43,833 nucleotides of DNA, taken from the NCBI GenBank assembly GCA_964244695.1, contig CAXTJZ010000001.1:1-43833 (forward strand). Reading direction: 5' to 3'. This document shows positions 23,313 through 31,847 of the stretch, one piece after another. The notes under the pieces are model-generated. The model was not told the origin of the DNA. It worked only from the letters and a program-made list of their open reading frames with translations, and searched no databases. Each line of letters starts with the position of its first letter. The stretch's first letter is position 1. The DNA is from an uncultured Acetobacteraceae bacterium (lineage in GTDB: Bacteria; Pseudomonadota; Alphaproteobacteria; Acetobacterales; Acetobacteraceae). Position numbers and translations under genes: made by a program.

Positions 23313-23999
23313 TCATGCTGTTTTCGTGCGAATGCGTGCAATCACCAGCTTGCCCGGCACGCGGTAGGCGACGCGCCAGCTGACTCGCACCGTCCGGCCT
23401 GGCCCTACGGCCTGCCAGACGAGAAAGAGCATCGCGCCGATGGCAGCCACGACAAGCAGCGGCACCAGCATGTGCACGATCTGCTCCTGCAGGGTGAGCG
23501 GCGGCGGCGGCGGCGCATGGGTGGGCAACGGTAAGACGACCCCGGGACGCGGCGGGACCACAATGCGATGCGGGCCGCGCACCAGTTCAGGCGAGCCGCT
23601 TGGCCAAAGCAACCATTCGGCGCCGAGCAGGGCAATGAGCGCCGTGGAGGCCGCTATGACCGTGCCCATGCCGGCCTGGAGAGAGAGCCGGTCCGGTCGG
23701 CGGCCGCCCTTACGCCGGCGGCAATCTGGCCCGGGGCGCTGGCGGTAGCCGTCCCTGATACGGCCGACCGTGGGCACAACCACATAGGCGGGCAGGGGCT
23801 GCACAGACGCGGCTTCCTCCAGCGCTGCCGCCTCCTGACCGCCGCGATAGGCCAGGCTGGCGGCGTAGGCGCGCAGCGCCTCGGTTCCTTCCACTACGAT
23901 GAAGCGGGGCGACCGCTTGAGCGCGGCGTCCAGTTCATCCCGCGAGCGTACGCGGGCGGCGGCGAAGAAGCGTATCGCGTGCCAGATACGGCGGAACAT
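23313..23999 (-). CDS. hypothetical membrane protein with two TM segments and a Pro-rich loop
   Basis: Long ORF, GAGG SD before ATG 23999, two hydrophobic stretches. No family recognised. Confidence 0.6.
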   Translation of the reverse strand: MFRRIWHAIRFFAAARVRSRDELDAALKRSPRFIVVEGTEALRAYAASLAYRGGQEAAALEEAASVQPLPAYVVVPTVGRIRDGYRQRPGPDCRRRKGGRRPDRLSLQAGMGTVIAASTALIALLGAEWLLWPSGSPELVRGPHRIVVPPRPGVVLPLPTHAPPPPPLTLQEQIVHMLVPLLVVAAIGAMLFLVWQAVGPGRTVRVSWRVAYRVPGKLVIARIRTKTA

Positions 24000-24038
24000 T
24001 GGTAGCCTCTGGCTGTCGGACTGTGCGCGCATCTAGCC

Positions 24039-24173
24039 TAGGAGGAAGGAAGCAAGCAGTCCTTTTTTGGAAAAAAGGACCAAAAAACTTTTTCTCGCTT
24101 TCGGCGGTTGTTTCAGCATCCGCCGACAGGGAAAGGAGTTTCGTTTTAAAGAAGGAAGGCCTTGCTTGGTTAC
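24039..24173. repeat. palindromic element at the hrcA stop
   Basis: GCAGTCCTTTTTTGGAAAAAAGGACCAAAAAACTTTT...GAAGGCCTTGCTTGGTTAC. Confidence 0.88.
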
Positions 24174-25231
24174 CCGAGTAGCTGCCCGATAACGCGAGCT
24201 GTATAATCGACGACTGGAATGATCCGCCCGTAGTTGATACGCGTGGGCCCGATCACGCCGATTGCGCCAACGATGCGGTCCGCCTGGTTTCGCGCCGGCG
24301 CCACGATCATCGAGACGCCACTGGTGCCGAACATTGCGCTCTCCGCGCCGATGAAGATGCGAACGCCGTCGGACTGCTCGGCGAGCTCGAGCAGGCGCAT
24401 CATCGTCTCCTGCGTCTCCAGCCTGTCGAACAGCACCTGTATGGCGGCCAGGTTCGCGATCTGAGTCACGTCGGCCAGCAGCCGGCCCTGGCCGCGCACG
24501 ATCAGGCTGCCGCCGCGCGAGGCCACGTCCGTCCAGGTGGCCAGGCCAGCCTCGACGACGCCGGCGGCGAGGATGTCCAACTGGCCACGGTCCAGCGCCA
24601 TCTCCTCGGCCACGCGGCGGCGCAGGTCGGACAGCGTGCGTCCGGCGGCGCGTGCGTTCAGGTAGTTGGCGGCTTCGGTCAGCGCCGAGGGCGGCAGGCC
24701 TGGCGGAATCTGGATGATACGGTTTTCCACCTGGCCGTCGGCGGCGACCAGGATGACCAGCGCGCGGCCGGAGCCCAGGGATGCGAACTCGATGTGCTTG
24801 ATGGCGCTGTCCGATTTCGGCGCCAGCACCATGCCGGCCGCCTGGCTGAGGCCGGACAGCATGGCGGACGCGTCCGACAGCGTGTCCTGCAGGCTGCGGC
24901 CGTGGGCGGCGAGCTGGCGGCTGATCGCCTCGCGCTCGTCGTCCGGCAGGTCCCCGAACTGCAGAAGGCCGTCGACGAACAGGCGCAGGCCGCGGTCCGT
25001 GGGCAGGCGGCCGGCGCTGGTGTGCGGCGCAAAGAGGAGGCCGGCGTCGGTCAGGTCCGCCATCACGTTGCGTATGGTGGCGGGCGACAGGGCGATGGGC
25101 AGGCGGCGCGCCAGGGTGCGGCTGCCCACGGGCTCGCCAGTGCCTACGTATTGCTCGACGATTTCGCGCAGGACGGCGGCGGCGCGGGGGTCCAGGCCGG
25201 GGGGGAGGGGCTTGGGCGGGTAGTCAACCAT
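24170..25231 (-). CDS. hrcA: heat-inducible transcription repressor HrcA
   Basis: TGEPVGSRTL, SPATIRNVMADL, PHTSAGRLPT..GLR.FVD, GVIGPTR.NY. Confidence 0.97.
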   Translation of the reverse strand: MVDYPPKPLPPGLDPRAAAVLREIVEQYVGTGEPVGSRTLARRLPIALSPATIRNVMADLTDAGLLFAPHTSAGRLPTDRGLRLFVDGLLQFGDLPDDEREAISRQLAAHGRSLQDTLSDASAMLSGLSQAAGMVLAPKSDSAIKHIEFASLGSGRALVILVAADGQVENRIIQIPPGLPPSALTEAANYLNARAAGRTLSDLRRRVAEEMALDRGQLDILAAGVVEAGLATWTDVASRGGSLIVRGQGRLLADVTQIANLAAIQVLFDRLETQETMMRLLELAEQSDGVRIFIGAESAMFGTSGVSMIVAPARNQADRIVGAIGVIGPTRINYGRIIPVVDYTARVIGQLLG

Positions 25232-25273
25232 GGGGTTCTATAACGCTGGCTTGAGGCGTTTGGGCGAACTGTC

Positions 25274-25446
25274 GGAGGAAAAGAAAGCAAGGCCTTCTTT
25301 TTTGAGAGAAAGAAGCAAAAAACTTTTGTTCCTGGCGCTGTTCAGCCGCCTCGTTTTGCACAGAAGCACGCGGATGCTTCTAATGCGAAGGAAAGCAAAA
25401 GTTTTTTGGTCCTTTTTTTCAAAAAAGGACTGCTTGCTTTCCTTAC
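25274..25446. repeat. palindromic element at the hldE stop
   Basis: GGCC arm and GGTCCTTTTTTTCAAAAAAGGACTGCTTGCTTTCCTTAC. Confidence 0.92.
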
Positions 25447-26798
25447 CCGGCCAGGACCTCGCCCCCCCAGCCGCGGACGATTTCGGCCATCGCGGCGGCC
25501 GGCGCCGGGTCGATCAGCAGGTCCGGCCGCAACTGGCGCAGGGTCTCTGTCTGCGAGCCTTCGGCGATCAGGCAGATGAGATCCACCGAGTCCAGCCCGG
25601 CGGCCTCAGCCAGCGTGCGCTTGGCATGATCCATGTCGGCATCGCCGGCTGCCGTTTCCACGCCCAGCACCAGCCGGTCACACGCGGCACGCGCGATGTC
25701 CAGCCTGGCGCGGTTAAAGCGGTCCGGCGTGGTGGTGATCAGCGCGGTGCGCAGGCCCATGCGGCGCCAGCGGTCCACCTGTTCCACGGCCACTTCGTGG
25801 GCAACGATCTTGCGCAGCGCGCGGCCTTGCGGGGTTAGCATGGCGATCAGGTCAGTGCCTTGCGCCACCGCCATGCCTGGCTGCCCGGCGGCCACGCCCA
25901 TGGCCAGGTTGGCCAGACGGACGGCGAGTGGCAGCTTCAGGCCGATCGCGATGCTTGCCGCCAGGGCGGAGACCACGGTGTCGCCGGAGCCGGCCAGGTC
26001 GAAGACTTCGGACATGGCCGGCGGCACGTGCAGCACGGTGTCGGCGGAGACCAGGGACAAACCTTCCGCGCCGCGGTTGACGACGACGGCGCCGAAACCG
26101 TGCGCGGTGCGCAGCCAGCCGGCGGCCGCGGCGATGCGCTTCTCCGAGCTGACATCCATGCCGGTAACCGTCGCCAGCTCGCGTAGCGTGGGCACGGCCA
26201 CGTCCGCGCCGGCGTAGCGGTCGTAATCCGGGCCACGGGGATCGACCACTATGGGCCGGCCGGCGGCGCGCGCGGCCTCGATGATGCGGGCCGGCACGTC
26301 GCCGGCCAGCAGGCCCTTGCGGTAGTCCGACAGGACGGTAACGGAGGTGGCGGCCAGCGCGTCACCGGCGATGCGCAGCATGCGTTCGGCAAGCTTGGGA
26401 TGGATGGCGCCGGTGATCTCCTGGTCCGTGCGCAGCAATTGCTGGCCGCCGGCGATGAAGCGCGTTTTGACAGTGGTGCATCTGCCGCCCTGGACGAGCA
26501 GCCAGGGCTCCACGTTCGGCTGGCCGCCGATCAGGCCGGTGAGGTCCGAGCCGGACTGGTCGTCGCCCACGACGGAGACGAAGGCGACCGCGGCGCCCAG
26601 CGCGGTGAGGTTGCGAACGAGGTTGCCGGCGCCGCCTGGGAGCGCCAGCTCGCGATAGACTTCCAGCACGGGAACCGGCGCTTCCGGGCTGATGCGGGCG
26701 ACGCTGCCATAGACGTAGCGGTCCAGCATGGCGTCGCCGATGACCAGGACGCTGGCCCGGGACAGGCGTGGGATTGCCTCTGCGAGTTCAGCGTCCAT
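25443..26798 (-). CDS. hldE: HldE/RfaE-like protein: PfkB heptose kinase plus degenerate adenylyltransferase domain
   Basis: GD.MLDRYVYG.V.RISPEAPVPV, PGGAGN, T.KTR, LSDY.KG, G.GDTV. C-terminal domain lacks the HXGH motif. Alternative start 26822. Confidence 0.8.
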   Translation of the reverse strand: MDAELAEAIPRLSRASVLVIGDAMLDRYVYGSVARISPEAPVPVLEVYRELALPGGAGNLVRNLTALGAAVAFVSVVGDDQSGSDLTGLIGGQPNVEPWLLVQGGRCTTVKTRFIAGGQQLLRTDQEITGAIHPKLAERMLRIAGDALAATSVTVLSDYRKGLLAGDVPARIIEAARAAGRPIVVDPRGPDYDRYAGADVAVPTLRELATVTGMDVSSEKRIAAAAGWLRTAHGFGAVVVNRGAEGLSLVSADTVLHVPPAMSEVFDLAGSGDTVVSALAASIAIGLKLPLAVRLANLAMGVAAGQPGMAVAQGTDLIAMLTPQGRALRKIVAHEVAVEQVDRWRRMGLRTALITTTPDRFNRARLDIARAACDRLVLGVETAAGDADMDHAKRTLAEAAGLDSVDLICLIAEGSQTETLRQLRPDLLIDPAPAAAMAEIVRGWGGEVLAG

Positions 26799-26852
26799 TA
26801 CAGTGGGTTCATCTGCGTCCATCGCGCTATGCGTATCGGTGACGGAAGGTTC

Positions 26853-26890
26853 AGGCAAGAAGAAGTGTCGGTTTTTGAGAAAAGACGCGT
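26853..26890. repeat. possible heavily decayed arm
   Basis: GGCAAGAAGAAGTGTCGGTTTTTGAGAAAAGAC. Confidence 0.35.
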
Positions 26891-26921
26891 GATTTCAACC
26901 GGAAGGCGTGCGCCGCGCCGG

Positions 26922-27335
26922 CTATTTTCTCTTGACGATGCTCAGGACCATTGCGCCGAACAGTGCCGCCGTCGCGGTGAAGGCCGCAATCACCACGCGC
27001 AGGCGCAGGCCGTAATCGGCACTTTCGGCGTGCAGGTCGCCGAGCATGCGGCTCCGTTCGGCCGCCGCGCGTGTCTCGATGGTGCCGGGGCCGGACAGCA
27101 CGCGGTCCGCGCTGTCGCCCAGCAACGGCCGGAGTGCGTCCAGCGCGGCTTGGGGGTTGGCGGTGTGGGAGGCCGCGACGACCTGGTCCAGCGTCTGGCT
27201 GCGGGCGTAGGCGCGGTCGAAAGGAAGCTGGGCGGCGTAGGTGGAAAAGGCGCCGACCAGGCCGACCACGACGAAGGCCATGATAAGGAAGCCGGTCCAG
27301 GTTGCAGTATCGGCTGAGCTTTGGGTCTGTGCCAT
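26922..27335 (-). CDS. hypothetical membrane protein (two TM)
   Basis: Hydrophobic N- and C-terminal segments. GAGGG SD before ATG 27335. Confidence 0.7.
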   Translation of the reverse strand: MAQTQSSADTATWTGFLIMAFVVVGLVGAFSTYAAQLPFDRAYARSQTLDQVVAASHTANPQAALDALRPLLGDSADRVLSGPGTIETRAAAERSRMLGDLHAESADYGLRLRVVIAAFTATAALFGAMVLSIVKRK

Positions 27336-27414
27336 GTCGGAAGCCCTCGTTGTTGGTTGACCGGTGCTCGTACGGTGCAGGTAGGGCGTCCAACGCACGC
27401 GGTGCCGTCAGCCG

Positions 27415-27476
27415 GCGACAGCGGAGCAAAAGTTTTTTGCTTCTTTTTTCAAAAAAGAAGTGCTTGCTTTCTTCCG
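27415..27476. repeat. palindromic element, single arm upstream of lepB
   Basis: GCGACAGCGGAGCAAAAGTTTTTTGCTTCTTTTTTCAAAAAAGAAGTGCTTGCTTTCTT. Confidence 0.88.
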
Positions 27477-27508
27477 GTCATCGAAACGACTGCCGGGAGA
27501 AGCACCGC

Positions 27509-28272
27509 ATGCCAGCAGACAGACCGTCCACCGCCGCCAGCCTGCGCTCGGTGTTCACCGCGCTGGTGCTGGCCATGCTGTTCCGCTCTACCGCCGTGCA
27601 GGCGTTCAACATCCCCAGCGGTTCGGCCACGCCCACGCTGCTGACGGGCGACACCGTCCTGGTCTCCAATTCGCCTACGGCTACAGCCGGTTCTCCCTGC
27701 CGTTCGCACCCGCGCTGTTCCACGGCCGGCTGTTCGGCGCGGCGCCGGCGCGTGGCGACATGGTGGTGTTCGCCAACCCGCATGACGGGGTGACGACGAT
27801 AAAGCGCATCGTCGGGTTGCCGGGCGACCGGATACAGGTCGTGCATGGCGTGCTGGTCATCAACGGCGAGTCTGCGCGGCGGCAGCGCACCGGCACGTAC
27901 CTGGAGCGCGACTGGGACGAGGCGGCGGGCCTGCCTGTCGAGGTGTTGCGCTACCGGTATCGCGAGACGATGCCAGGCGGTCTGGAGCACGAGATACTGG
28001 GCCAGCCTGTCGGTCTGCCCGAGGATAGCGGCATGGTGGACAACACGGGCGTGTATGTTGTGCCGGCCGACCACTACTTCGGCATGGGCGACAGCCGCGA
28101 CAACTCGGCCGATAGCCGGTATCAGGCGCTGCTTGGCTACATTCCGGCGGAAAACCTGATCGGCCGGGCGGATTTCCGGCTGGCGTCTTTCGAGCCTGGT
28201 GCACGGATTTGGCAGGTCTGGAAATTGCCGGCTGCAATCAGGGTTGGCCGGTTCTTCGGGATGATTCGTTAG
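27509..28272 (+). pseudogene. lepB: signal peptidase I, frameshifted near 27668
   Basis: One frame gives AFNIPSGS.TPTLL.GD.VLVS. Another continues FAYGYSRFS, RGD.VVF, IKRIVGLPGD, GD.RDNS.DSR. One base is missing in TCC-AA-TTC. Confidence 0.8.
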
Positions 28273-28463
28273 CGCGGGCGCAATGCGTGAAGCTGAAGTT
28301 GCCGCAGCGGACTCTGCTTTCGAGATTAGATCGTGGCGATGCCGACCTTGTCGGAGTCGGCATCGCCGGACCGCATGTCTGCATCTTCTACGTTCAAGCT
28401 AAACCGCTTCTGCGGGAGGAAAGAAGCTGACGCGCGCGAAGAAGATGTAGCCGCGTGTCTGTT

Positions 28464-28862
28464 TCACGAAACCTGCCGCAGCCAGTCTTCGAGATTGTAG
28501 AAGTTGGTCACCCGCGCGATCTGCCCATCGCGTATCACGAAGAAAGCGCCAGCCGGCAGAACGTAGGTCTGCCCGTGTGCCGCCGGCATTCCGGCATCGG
28601 CCACCAGATACGTCCCATGCACGGTAAACTCGGCCGCAACACGCGTGCCGGACGGCTCTGTCATCACCACGATGTCTTCCAGCCGCTCGCGGTAGCTGCC
28701 GTCCATCCGCTGCATGAAGGCCGTGAAGGCTGCGCGGCCGGTCTCGCGGGCGCCCTGGTTTATGTCGTGGATCACGTCTTCGGTCAGCAGCGCCATCATG
28801 CCGGCAAAATCACCGGCGTTGAAAGCGGCATAGTAGGCGTGGATCAGGGCATCGGGAGTCAT
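28464..28862 (-). CDS. SnoaL/ketosteroid isomerase-related (NTF2-like) protein
   Basis: YYAAFN.GD, HDINQG, AAEF.V.G.Y, YVLPAGAFF, RVTN.YNL.DW. ATGA overlap with the upstream stop. Confidence 0.85.
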   Translation of the reverse strand: MTPDALIHAYYAAFNAGDFAGMMALLTEDVIHDINQGARETGRAAFTAFMQRMDGSYRERLEDIVVMTEPSGTRVAAEFTVHGTYLVADAGMPAAHGQTYVLPAGAFFVIRDGQIARVTNFYNLEDWLRQVS

Positions 28863-29725
28863 GCGGGCTCGCTTTGAAATTTTGAAGGCCAATCATAGAA
28901 ATTACGCACCGCGCCGTCTTCGCGCACGGCGTCCAGGCGGGCGGGGTCGAGGTCGGTGAACAGCCAGGAGGGCTCGTCGAGGGTGCCGCGGGCGATGATG
29001 CCGTCTTCAGGAAAGCCGCGGTCCACGGGGCCGAAGACGGCGGCATAGCCATGATTTTCGTCCAGCGTCACGAGCGCGGGCGCGAGGCCGACCGTGGGAG
29101 CGATCGCGACGAAGCACTGGTTCTCGAGTGCGCGCGCCCGCGCTGACAGGCGCACACGGTTGAAGCCGTGCAGGGAGTCCGTGCAGCTCGGCGCCAGTAT
29201 GAGCCAGGCGCCCTGCTCGACCTGCGCGCGCACGAGTGTGGGGAACTCCACATCGTAACATATGGCGATGCCGATACGGCCCCAGGGGGTGTCGAACACG
29301 CGTGGCCACGCGCCGGGTGCGACCCCCCAGCGTTCGGCTTCGAAACGCGTCATGGTCCGCTTGTCCTGGAAGGCGGCGCGGCCTTCCGGGTCGATCAGAG
29401 GGGCGCGGTTGTGCACCGGACCGGGCGGCGTCCCCACCGGCATGCTGCCCGGCACCAGCCAGACGTGGTGGCGGCGGGCGAGATCGGCGAACAAGGCGAG
29501 CAGGCGCGGCTGCAACGCGCATACGCTGGCGAGTTCGGCGCGCGCGTCGCCGGTGCCCGGGCAGAAAGCTGCCGTCTCCATGCAGGCGTATTCTGGCAGG
29601 ACAAGAAGGCCGGCGCCGCCGGCGGCACCCTCGGCCACCAGCGCGTCCAGCTTGGCTGCGTAGGCGTCGAAGTCTTGCGGCGTGGTGACGCCGTATTGGC
29701 AGAGGGCGAGACGCAGGGCGCTCAA
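28859..29725 (-). CDS. carbon-nitrogen hydrolase (nitrilase superfamily)
   Basis: LLVLPEY (Glu), QDK (Lys), ICYDVEFP (Cys), ARALENQC. TTG start overlaps the GNAT stop. Confidence 0.88.
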   Translation of the reverse strand: MSALRLALCQYGVTTPQDFDAYAAKLDALVAEGAAGGAGLLVLPEYACMETAAFCPGTGDARAELASVCALQPRLLALFADLARRHHVWLVPGSMPVGTPPGPVHNRAPLIDPEGRAAFQDKRTMTRFEAERWGVAPGAWPRVFDTPWGRIGIAICYDVEFPTLVRAQVEQGAWLILAPSCTDSLHGFNRVRLSARARALENQCFVAIAPTVGLAPALVTLDENHGYAAVFGPVDRGFPEDGIIARGTLDEPSWLFTDLDPARLDAVREDGAVRNFYDWPSKFQSEPA

Positions 29726-30330
29726 GGCAGAAGCGTGCCGGTCAGGGACTTCATCCAGAACACAAGCGGCTTCTCCGTCTCGGCCGACTCGCCCAGGTCC
29801 TTCCAGGCCATGTGACATATCAGGTCGCCGCGGCGTGTGTAGCCGCGCCTGGTCCAGAACGCATCAAGGCTGGTGTAGCCGGGCGGCCGGGCCGGGTGGT
29901 TTGCGGGCCGGATAACGCTGGCGAAGGCGGACACGTCGCATGCGGAGGCGGCGCGTGCGTGGGCTTCGCGGGCGTGGAAGAATGCGACGCCGATGCCCTG
30001 TCCGCGATATGCCGCGCGCAGCACGCTTTCGCCGAAGTAGAAGACGCGTGCCGGATCTATGCCTTTGGCCAGAAAAGGTGCTTTCACGTCACCGGTCTCG
30101 TCGGCCAGGGGCAGGCAGGTGGAGGCGCCGACGATCTCACCGTTCTCAGAGGCGACGATGATCGCGGCCTGGGCGCTGTCGGCATAGATGCGTAGGTAGC
30201 GGCGCTCGTAGGTCTCGTCGCCGTCGTAGAGATAGGGCCAGCTGCGGAACACGTGGCAGCGCAGGGCTGCCAAGGCGGGGATGATGGCGGCGATCGCCTC
30301 GCCTGTGCAGGTACTCACGGTAGGTGGCAT
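29722..30330 (-). CDS. GNAT family N-acetyltransferase
   Basis: VFR.WPYLYDG, YFGESVL..YRGQGIG, FW..RGY. Confidence 0.88.
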   Translation of the reverse strand: MPPTVSTCTGEAIAAIIPALAALRCHVFRSWPYLYDGDETYERRYLRIYADSAQAAIIVASENGEIVGASTCLPLADETGDVKAPFLAKGIDPARVFYFGESVLRAAYRGQGIGVAFFHAREAHARAASACDVSAFASVIRPANHPARPPGYTSLDAFWTRRGYTRRGDLICHMAWKDLGESAETEKPLVFWMKSLTGTLLP

Positions 30331-30437
30331 GGTTGTATGCTCGGGTGCACAGGCCGGCGCCGTCAATCGTGCCGGATAGAACATCTTCCTGCTCTCCCGC
30401 CCTCCCGGAACGGCGAAGAATCCTGTAGCACCGCGCG

Positions 30438-31847
30438 ATGATCCCGCTCGTCCTGGACCTAGACGGCACGCTCGTATCCGGCGACACCCTCGTGGAGGCG
30501 GCGCTACGCCTCCTTGCCGCCAACCCGCTCGCCTTCCTCGGCACGCTTACCGCCGATCGCGCCAGGCTGAAGCAGCGCATGGCGCGCGCCGTGACGCTCA
30601 ACCCCGCAAGCCTGGTGTATAACCAGGCGGTGCTCGACCTGGCGCACAGCGCACGCGGCGAGGGACGCCCGGTGTTTTTGGCCACCGCGGCCGATGACGG
30701 TATCGCCCAGGCAGTGGCCGCCCATGTCGGCCTGTTCGACGGCGTGCTGGCCTCGGACGGCCACACCAACCTCAAAGGCCAAGTGAAGGCGGCCGCCCTG
30801 GTGGCCAGGTTCGGGGCGCACGGTTTCGACTACGCGGGCGACGCGGCGGCCGACCTGCCTGTCTGGGCGCAGGCGCGCCGCGGCTTCGTGGTGGCGCCCG
30901 CCGCGCGTCTGCTGGCGCGCGCGCGCGCCGTCTGCGCCGACGCGACCGCTATAGGCGCCGTGGTGTCCGGACGGCCGCGCCTGGTGTCGCGCGCCATGCG
31001 GCTGCACCAGTGGGCCAAGAACCTGCTCGTGTTCGTGCCGCTTTTTGCCGCCCACCAGGCGCGCGGGCTGCCCTTGCTGCAGGCCTGCCTCGGCTTCGTG
31101 GCGTTCAGCCTGTGTGCGTCCAGCGTCTATCTGCTGAACGACCTGCTCGACCTGCCGCATGACCGTCTGCACCCGACCAAGCGCCGGCGCCCCTTTGCCA
31201 GCGGCGCATTGCCGCTGGCCTGGGGGCCTGCGCTTATGGCCGTACTGCTGGGTGCGACGCTGTTGGCCGCCGCCGCGCTGCCGCTGGCGTTCCTGGGCAT
31301 GCTGGCGGCCTACTACGCCAGCACGCTCGCCTATTCCTTCGTTCTGAAACGCCGTGCGGTGTGGGACGTGATCGCACTGGCCGGGCTCTACACGCTGCGC
31401 ATCTTCGCCGGTGCCGCAGCCACCGGCATCCCTATCTCGCCCTGGCTGCTTGCCTTCTCCCTGTTCCTGTTCTTCTGCCTTGCAGTGGTGAAACGCCTGA
31501 CAGAACTCACGCTGTATGTTCGCGCCGGTGGTGAAGCGGCGCTGTCCGGCCGCGGCTACAGGGCGGAAGATTTGGACATGCTGCGCAGCATGGCGGCCTC
31601 CTCCGGCTACATGTCCGTGCTCGTGCTGGCGCTGTACATTAACAGCGCGGACGTGCTGCCGCTATATGGCCACCCGAGCGCACTGTGGACGCTCTGCCCG
31701 ATCCTGCTGTTCTGGATCAGCCGCGTGCTGATGCTCAGCAACCGCGGCGAGATGAACGACGACCCCGTGGTGTTCGCGCTGCGCGACCGTGTCAGCCTGC
31801 TGGCAGGTGCGGCCAGCGTGGCCGCCGTGCTGGCCGCCACGCTGTGA
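30438..31847 (+). CDS. UbiA family prenyltransferase with N-terminal HAD-like domain (polyprenyl-phosphate phosphoribosyltransferase-like)
   Basis: DLDGTL, YAGD..D, R.HQWAKN, YLLNDLLD..HDR.HPTKR.RPFASG, DDPVVFAL.D. Confidence 0.88.
   Translation: MIPLVLDLDGTLVSGDTLVEAALRLLAANPLAFLGTLTADRARLKQRMARAVTLNPASLVYNQAVLDLAHSARGEGRPVFLATAADDGIAQAVAAHVGLFDGVLASDGHTNLKGQVKAAALVARFGAHGFDYAGDAAADLPVWAQARRGFVVAPAARLLARARAVCADATAIGAVVSGRPRLVSRAMRLHQWAKNLLVFVPLFAAHQARGLPLLQACLGFVAFSLCASSVYLLNDLLDLPHDRLHPTKRRRPFASGALPLAWGPALMAVLLGATLLAAAALPLAFLGMLAAYYASTLAYSFVLKRRAVWDVIALAGLYTLRIFAGAAATGIPISPWLLAFSLFLFFCLAVVKRLTELTLYVRAGGEAALSGRGYRAEDLDMLRSMAASSGYMSVLVLALYINSADVLPLYGHPSALWTLCPILLFWISRVLMLSNRGEMNDDPVVFALRDRVSLLAGAASVAAVLAATL

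Noticed and set aside
25232-25275. CIRCE element upstream of hrcA or grpE
   Set aside because: No TTAGCACTC-N9-GAGTGCTAA match is visible.
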